A stretch of 64,000 nt of DNA. It comes from a virus (Duplodnaviria; Caudoviricetes). Positions within the stretch are counted from its first letter, which is position 1; every line of letters starts with the position of its first letter. Below the pieces are notes generated by a model. The model saw nothing but the letters and a program-made list of their open reading frames with translations. It was not told the DNA's origin and ran no database searches. The stretch lies in the IMG/VR virus record IMGVR_UViG_3300027887_000012, positions 397-64,396 of that record, one strand, 5' to 3'. The translations under genes were made by a program, and so were the position numbers. Shown piece after piece: positions 58,416-64,000 of the stretch.

Positions 58416-59063
58416 ATGGGCGGTGAAGGTTCTGGTAACTTCGGTCACGCAGGCAGACTCGGTGAGGTAGGAGGATCATCAACCGAAGGATCATCATTAT
58501 CATCAGACCACGTCAAACAAATAAAAGAGAATTCAAAGGATTTCGCACAACGAGATTATAATAAGGCGGATTATGAACATATGATTGCATATAAAAATGG
58601 GAATTATACCTACGAATCAAAAACGCATGATAGGGCAAGTTGTCAAATTGCCGAAGATATTGATGATATGGATTTGGTACACAATCACCCGGGAGGATCA
58701 CCAGCCTTATCTGCGCCAGATATTTTCGTGTCTGCATATCAAAACGTATCATCAATAACGGCAATGAATCGTAAAGGAGAGGCATGGACAGTATCACGAC
58801 CAAAAGAAGGTTGGGCGAAATGGGCAGATGATAAGTTTGGTATGAAAGTTGACACATCTGAATTTCAAAAAACCGTGCGATCTCAATTTGATAAGACCTC
58901 GGATGAAGTATTTGATTTACCAGAAATGCAACCACTTCATCTTGCGTTTACCAGAGGAGAGATTGATTTAAATGGGGTGGAAGTTATATTTGCAAACAAG
59001 ACCTCTGAAACATTCTGTAAAAAGTATGGTTTGACAGTGACAAAACATGGTGGTGCAAAATGA
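58416..59063 (+). CDS. N-tagged JAB/MPN domain effector
   Basis: ATG 58416; MGGEGSGNFGHAGRLGEVGGS tag; LVHNHPGGSPALSAPD (HxH...S..D). Confidence 0.7.
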   Translation: MGGEGSGNFGHAGRLGEVGGSSTEGSSLSSDHVKQIKENSKDFAQRDYNKADYEHMIAYKNGNYTYESKTHDRASCQIAEDIDDMDLVHNHPGGSPALSAPDIFVSAYQNVSSITAMNRKGEAWTVSRPKEGWAKWADDKFGMKVDTSEFQKTVRSQFDKTSDEVFDLPEMQPLHLAFTRGEIDLNGVEVIFANKTSETFCKKYGLTVTKHGGAK

Positions 59064-59185
59064 TTCTTGATGAAGATGAATTCTGGAGGAAGATGCAGGA
59101 AAAATATCTTGAAAAAGTGCGCATCTGGCAAAAAGAACGATCGAAAACAAAATCAGAACCGATTGACAATCGACAGGTGAAATAA
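59060..59185 (+). CDS. 41-aa partner with C-terminal PIDNRQVK tag
   Basis: Not in ORF track; MILDEDEFWRKMQEKYLEKVRIWQKERSKTKSEPIDNRQVK; overlaps both neighbours. Confidence 0.7.
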   Translation: MILDEDEFWRKMQEKYLEKVRIWQKERSKTKSEPIDNRQVK

Positions 59186-60507
59186 TGGGTGGTGAAGGTT
59201 CGGGTAACTTCGGTCATGAAGGTAGACCGGGATTAGTAGGCGGGTCGGGGGAAGGCGGGCCCGGTGTAGGTGCGGCAGGTGCAAAGTTCGATCGTGCCTC
59301 TTATGAGAAAATGTCAATGGGTGACCGACGCGCATCTTGGGATAAATTATCTGTTGCAGATCGTGACAAACTCGCAGACGCGCGATACAGTGTTGACAGT
59401 CGCGTAAAAGGACTGGTATCAACCATGGGTGCATGGCAGAATACTGGTGATCTTGAAAAGGATGTGCAGGCGCGCGTTGACAGTGCAAAAGAAGAAATGT
59501 CACAGAGTTCAAACAATCTTGTTTCATATACCGCAACCATTTATGATGACTCGTTAAAGGCGGCAGGAGTTGATGACGAATCTCGCGGCAAACTGGTATG
59601 CCTTGCAACAGATTACTTAATCGCACAGGAAATGGAAACCCAGAACCGACAGTTAGGAGATCATGGTGTTCATCATATCGCTGGGGATATCGACCGCGCA
59701 TTCCAGATTGCATCGGTCTTACCCGAAGGATTGAGTAGTCAACAGAAATGTGAGATTATTACTGCAAGTGTGTTTCATGATGCAGGATACTTAACAGACC
59801 CGTCACGAATATTCTTGGATGAAGGTCATCCGCGGTGGTCTGCGCAGAACTATGATCAGAACATCGCACCGGTGATTTCTGCCGCGTTCGGGAAAGATGT
59901 TGCAGATAATGTTGGATATTACATACGCACGCATGATAGTACCGATATCAACTGGAAAGAAGACCCTGTGGGAAGTAGTGTAAGAGTATCAGATAACACC
60001 GCGTTGTTTGAAGTCGATAAACTACCCGGGGTTTTCAGAGATGTAAAAGGAACATATCAGACTCTATCAGATTTCAATGCAGGAAAAATCAATCTGGAAG
60101 ATGCGAAATCGAATATGATGACCGACATTCATAACTCCGCACTATCCGACTCGTTAAAATCGCGGTATATGAACGCGGTCACTGAAATGACCGACTATAC
60201 CCCAAAATCTACACTTGGGATGAAAGGCGGTGACATTTACGATATCACTTGGGCAGGAGATCACGTTGCGATTACGTTAAAATACAACGAACAGAAAACA
60301 CAGGATCAAAAACTCCTTGATCTGGGGCAGGCACAATTCGCAAAGTTCGCGAAGGCATATGGCAGTGACCCATATTCATTCAAAACCACCCTTGGTTTTA
60401 CGTTCGATAAGAACGGTCAGGTTCTACTTGAAGGAAGAATCTATGACCCAGATAAACCACTAACTGCGGTGTATTCAGAACCGATTGATAACAGGCAGGT
60501 GAAGTGA
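59185..60507 (+). CDS. N- and C-tagged HD-domain phosphohydrolase
   Basis: MGGEGSGNFGHEGRPGLVGGS tag; DHGVHH...VFHDAGY...H...RTHD...DN; ends EPIDNRQVK. Confidence 0.8.
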   Translation: MGGEGSGNFGHEGRPGLVGGSGEGGPGVGAAGAKFDRASYEKMSMGDRRASWDKLSVADRDKLADARYSVDSRVKGLVSTMGAWQNTGDLEKDVQARVDSAKEEMSQSSNNLVSYTATIYDDSLKAAGVDDESRGKLVCLATDYLIAQEMETQNRQLGDHGVHHIAGDIDRAFQIASVLPEGLSSQQKCEIITASVFHDAGYLTDPSRIFLDEGHPRWSAQNYDQNIAPVISAAFGKDVADNVGYYIRTHDSTDINWKEDPVGSSVRVSDNTALFEVDKLPGVFRDVKGTYQTLSDFNAGKINLEDAKSNMMTDIHNSALSDSLKSRYMNAVTEMTDYTPKSTLGMKGGDIYDITWAGDHVAITLKYNEQKTQDQKLLDLGQAQFAKFAKAYGSDPYSFKTTLGFTFDKNGQVLLEGRIYDPDKPLTAVYSEPIDNRQVK

Positions 60508-61238
60508 TGACAGATGAGGCAGATGGGATCTGGGTAACAATGAATGGGAGGCATGTCTTTATTCCCGGTGAGAATATTAACGAATCGTCTGAAGTCACCA
60601 TCAATGTGCCAGACGATTCTGAAATATGTAAGTTTGATCTTGGCACAGGAGGGGTTGTTGACGTTGTTGATAAAAACAAGGAAAATCAACGCAATGCCAT
60701 AGGTTGGTGGAAAGGCAGTGGGTTTGAGGTCATACAAAAGGCAGTCAAGACTCCAAACGATTTGTTTAAACCAGATCGCGAAAAAGGATTGGAGGCATCC
60801 AAACATATTGATAATGTTCTATCAAAAAGTAAGATAGAACAGGATACCACAGTATATCGTGGCATATCAAGTAGAACCGCATACCAGATAATGGAGAATG
60901 GCGCATTTGAGAACAAAGGATATACCGCGACCTCGGTTGCAATGGGTGACGCAATGGGATTCGCTCAACACATGCCATTAAAGATGGAAGATTCTTACGT
61001 TCCCGGAAGAGATTTGCAAAGTGTGATAATGTTCAATGTTCCTAAAGGATCGAGCGGGTTTTATTTTGGAAGAGGTAGGGAAAGTGAAGTGTTATTACCA
61101 CGCAATCTCAAATTAAAACTCACAGGTGTTCGCACATACACAAAAACATTAAATGTGAAAACAATAACGGATACAGGAAGATTACGACAACAAACATATG
61201 GCCCAGTGAGGATATACACAATGGAGATGCAGAAATGA
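60507..61238 (+). CDS. ADP-ribosyltransferase (R-S-E clade) with WVTMNGRHVFI leader
   Basis: VYRG, GYTATS, RESEVLLPR. Confidence 0.85.
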   Translation: MTDEADGIWVTMNGRHVFIPGENINESSEVTINVPDDSEICKFDLGTGGVVDVVDKNKENQRNAIGWWKGSGFEVIQKAVKTPNDLFKPDREKGLEASKHIDNVLSKSKIEQDTTVYRGISSRTAYQIMENGAFENKGYTATSVAMGDAMGFAQHMPLKMEDSYVPGRDLQSVIMFNVPKGSSGFYFGRGRESEVLLPRNLKLKLTGVRTYTKTLNVKTITDTGRLRQQTYGPVRIYTMEMQK

Positions 61239-61408
61239 TTGAACGATTCTTTGAAGATTCTACTGATGGGCTCATCTTTATAAAATCAAAGATTACTCCT
61301 GAAGAAAGAAAACGCAGTAAAGAGTTATTGAGTATCATCTACCCAGTGAACCGCGAATCACAAAAAGAATCGGTAAAATCTGGTGCGATTGATAACAGGC
61401 AGGTATAA
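61235..61408 (+). CDS. 57-aa partner with C-terminal IDNRQV tag
   Basis: Not in ORF track; MIERFFEDSTDGLIF...SVKSGAIDNRQV; ATGA overlap. Confidence 0.7.
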   Translation: MIERFFEDSTDGLIFIKSKITPEERKRSKELLSIIYPVNRESQKESVKSGAIDNRQV

Positions 61409-61699
61409 ATGACGCTCACAAAAGAACAACAGGAAGAAACATTGCAACATGTAATGGAATACTTCACCAAAAAGGAAGTAGAACGCATGGACGAAATCTT
61501 TTTTGATTTCGATGATATGCGATGCACATCAAAATCGGTTCTGGATTTTCTTGCGAAGGTCAAAGAGAAATATGAAGAAGATCATAATATCCTGATTGCC
61601 GCGATTCTTTACGGCATAAAACTGGGAGAACTTGGGTATTCATACCCAAAACAAGATTTCAGTGAGAAAAAATTACCAGAGTATGGACATGCCTGTTAA
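61409..61699 (+). CDS. hypothetical protein
   Basis: ORF track; follows last tag. Confidence 0.55.
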   Translation: MTLTKEQQEETLQHVMEYFTKKEVERMDEIFFDFDDMRCTSKSVLDFLAKVKEKYEEDHNILIAAILYGIKLGELGYSYPKQDFSEKKLPEYGHAC

Positions 61700-61840
61700 T
61701 TAAAAAGTATATATAGTATCACCAAATCTTTCTGTTCACACTATGGTTTACACTTGGATTACATGGACAGGGTTGTTGAGGGAGATCACAAGTGTTTGAA
61801 CTACTACAACTCAAACCTTGATTAACCTTTTTTGTGACAA

Positions 61841-61883
61841 TAAATTATATATACTTACAACTCCTACATATTGATTGTAATAC
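61841..61883 (+). promoter_or_regulatory. early-type promoter
   Basis: taaatTATATA at 61846, TTGTAATAC at 61875-61883 (spacing 29); downstream gtaatacgaaaacaggagtga as at 11353. Confidence 0.8.
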
Positions 61884-61904
61884 GAAAACAGGAGTGAAAA
61901 GAAC

Positions 61905-62295
61905 ATGCAACAGTTTGTGAATGCGGGAGGACTTGCGCAGGATTTAGATTTTGGGTTGGTCGAATTTCTGACATTCAAAATCGACTCTGATTGGTTCAGC
62001 GATACCTTTGAGTTCGTTGAGAAGAACAAGAATTTCAAACCAACTCTTGCGTGGTTGAAACCAACTTATGCAGGATATAAAAGTCATTATGGAGTGATCT
62101 AAAATGGTAAAAAACATAGACCTTGAAAACGATAACAATCTGACTTATATCAATGTCAGTGGGAAGTTCGGAGATTACAGCGTCTATATTCAGCTTGGGC
62201 GCGTAACTGTCATCCCGATTGACAATCAGAAAACCAGCGTGTATGTGAACAGTCAAGCCGAGGAGATCAAAGGCATTGTTGTAGGTGATCACTGA
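61905..62295 (+). CDS. two small hypothetical proteins (61905-62102, 62104-62295)
   Basis: Behind early promoter with GGAGTGA RBSs. Confidence 0.55.
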
Positions 62296-62696
62296 TGGCA
62301 TACATTTCCGCAGAGGATGTAAAGAAGATACGCGATCAGATTAAGGCGGCGTATCCTCAATACAAGTGGTCGATTACACGCGAACATTCAATGGCGGTCA
62401 CTGTCGCACTGATGGAGTCCGACATTCAGTTCAAGAGTGACTACGATCAGGTCAATCATTACTGGTACAAGGAACACGATTATCCTGTCAAGGCAAAACT
62501 CGTATTCCAACATGTCCTTGAAATCATCGATGTGATCAAACACAACTACGATCGCAACTTTGGTAACCCATATGCAGACTACGGTGACAGTAATTACTTC
62601 ATACACCTGCACGTTGGGAAATGGGATAAGAAACACAAATATGTACCACATGGAACGAATGTGAACAAAAAGGAATTAGAGGTGATTCAGATATGA
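62295..62696 (+). CDS. LPD29-like protein
   Basis: IRDQIKAAYPQYKWSI...NHYW...DYGDSNYFIHLHVGKWDK. Confidence 0.55.
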   Translation: MAYISAEDVKKIRDQIKAAYPQYKWSITREHSMAVTVALMESDIQFKSDYDQVNHYWYKEHDYPVKAKLVFQHVLEIIDVIKHNYDRNFGNPYADYGDSNYFIHLHVGKWDKKHKYVPHGTNVNKKELEVIQI

Positions 62697-62966
62697 AGGA
62701 GAAACTTGTAGGCAATCAGATCGAATGCCCAAACTGTACCTGCAAACATTTCCGTATCGTTGAGGTATATCCTTATACAGAAAAAACCATCCAATGTGTT
62801 GAGTGCAACGAAATTGTCTTAAAACTTTAAGATACTTTTTTATACTATCAATAATAGATAAGTATAACTGTTATAATGGGAGGGGCGATTGCCCAATCCA
62901 AGTCTATTTTGAACTTTGTCTTTTAACAAAAGGGCAATGCAATCGCAACTCTTTGGAGTTAAATTT

Positions 62967-63578
62967 ATGTCTGAAGAAGCCAAGACTGAAACCAAGACGC
63001 CCGTTGAACCTGCAAAAACAGGGGCGACCGACGCGCAGACTGTTGATGAGAAGAAAGTATCTTTGAATCAAGAGGATGTTGATCGTATTGTAAAGTCCGC
63101 TGTTCAATCTGCGGAAGATCGCGTTCGTGGTGATCTCTATACGAAAATCCGAGCGAAGGAATCTGAAATTGAGGAACTTAAAAAGTCCAAGATGACAGAA
63201 ACCGAGGTGCGGAAGTATAAAGAGGAACAACTGGCAATGCGGGAAAAAGAACTCGCACAAAAAGAGCTCTCCCTTGCAGCCGTTGATGCCTTACGAGAAG
63301 CCAATCTTAAAGTCGATTACAGGGATTTCGTTCTCGCTGATACCCCAGAGGCTATCAAAGAGAAAATCGCAAAACTGAAATCACTTTATCAAAAAGACGT
63401 TGAATCCGCAGTGCAGGAGAAATTCAAAGAACACGGCGTTACACCGGGAAGAGGTCAACCGGCAGATCAGAAAGGAAAAATCTATACGCGCGAACAGATC
63501 AAGGCAATGAAACCAGAAGATATCCAAAAGATTCTACCTGATCTTCAAGCCGCGATGCAAGAAGGGCGTATCAGATAA
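62967..63578 (+). CDS. capsid scaffolding protein (DUF4355/SPP1 gp11-like)
   Basis: LNQEDVDRIVK, coiled coil, K/E-rich, TPGRG; directly upstream of MCP. Confidence 0.85.
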   Translation: MSEEAKTETKTPVEPAKTGATDAQTVDEKKVSLNQEDVDRIVKSAVQSAEDRVRGDLYTKIRAKESEIEELKKSKMTETEVRKYKEEQLAMREKELAQKELSLAAVDALREANLKVDYRDFVLADTPEAIKEKIAKLKSLYQKDVESAVQEKFKEHGVTPGRGQPADQKGKIYTREQIKAMKPEDIQKILPDLQAAMQEGRIR

Positions 63579-63624
63579 TTCGCAAATGCGAACAACAATC
63601 TATTCTCTATAAGGGGATGATATT

Positions 63625-64000
63625 ATGGCAATTGACAACTTTATACCCGAAATCTGGGCGGCACAAGTCTTTCAGGATTTCGACAGAGCAAGTATTGTAG
63701 GTGGATTATGTAACCGTGACTACGAGGGGGATATCGCCAATGGTGGAGATACCGTGCGCATTACTGCAATCGGGCCCGTCACAGTAACTTCCTACACAAA
63801 GAACAGTACCGCGTTCCTTTCAGTTCAAACACTGACCGACGCGCAGACAACCCTTGTCATTGATCAACAGAAGTACTTTAACTTCCAGATTGATGATATC
63901 GACAAGGCGCAACAGAAACCCAAGATTATGGGTGAGGCAATGCGCAAAGCCGCAGTCGCGATGGCGCAGACTGTTGACACGTATTGTGCCGCACTCTATC
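63625..64000 (+). CDS. major capsid protein (P22 gp5-like), truncated by window end
   Basis: MAIDNFIPEIWAAQV...NRDYEGDIANGGDTVRI...LVIDQQKYFNF.IDDIDKAQ. Confidence 0.92.
   Translation, partial: MAIDNFIPEIWAAQVFQDFDRASIVGGLCNRDYEGDIANGGDTVRITAIGPVTVTSYTKNSTAFLSVQTLTDAQTTLVIDQQKYFNFQIDDIDKAQQKPKIMGEAMRKAAVAMAQTVDTYCAALY

Noticed and set aside
39948-61238. Programmed frameshift fusing tagged enzymes to their small C-tagged partners
   Set aside because: All three junctions are ATGA overlaps with no shared slippery heptamer; translational coupling is the simpler explanation.
1012-63260. Minus-strand ORFs and alternative-frame + ORFs in the track
   Set aside because: They overlap well-supported + strand genes, lack RBSs and recognisable motifs, and are most likely shadow ORFs.
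1-64000. Prophage with host flanks or att sites
   Set aside because: No integrase or att-like repeat was recognised and viral gene content runs end to end; host-like genes are interleaved with viral ones.

Overview
The window is a near-complete, circularly permuted genome of a tailed (siphovirus-like, Caudoviricetes) archaeal virus. Essentially all credible genes are on the + strand. It opens in the head-completion/tail genes and ends inside the major capsid gene, so probably only 1-2 kb is missing. An archaeal host is supported by TATA-box promoters, GGAGTGA/GAGGTGA ribosome-binding sites, a BHB-intron tRNA and an A1-U72 tRNA-Gln. A stand-alone NrdD C-terminal protein and an NrdH-like redoxin point to a Methanomicrobiales-type methanogen (inference from recalled family sequences). 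Layout: head-tail/tail module (1-9.4 kb); early region of small ORFs behind a repeated TATA+TTGTAATAC promoter (9.6-30 kb), which includes methyltransferase/ASCH/nuclease genes, a papain-like lysis candidate and a radical SAM + GT-A glycosyltransferase pair; tRNAs; terminase; a dispersed CMP-nonulosonic acid pathway (33.8-45.7 kb); portal; a second fibre module; MuF; scaffold; capsid. The strongest candidate for an undescribed system is a set of stand-alone effector cassettes around portal/MuF. They share an N-terminal MGGxGSG(NFGHxGRPGxVGGS or WFASAGH) tag and/or a C-terminal (P)IDNRQV tag, and carry unrelated enzymes: two ADP-ribosyltransferases, a zincin, a papain/TGase-like domain, a SAM-lyase-like domain, JAB and HD. 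A RelA/SpoT-like domain is fused to MuF. No polymerase, helicase, primase, integrase or reverse transcriptase was recognised. All product calls come from motif recognition by eye; no database search was run.
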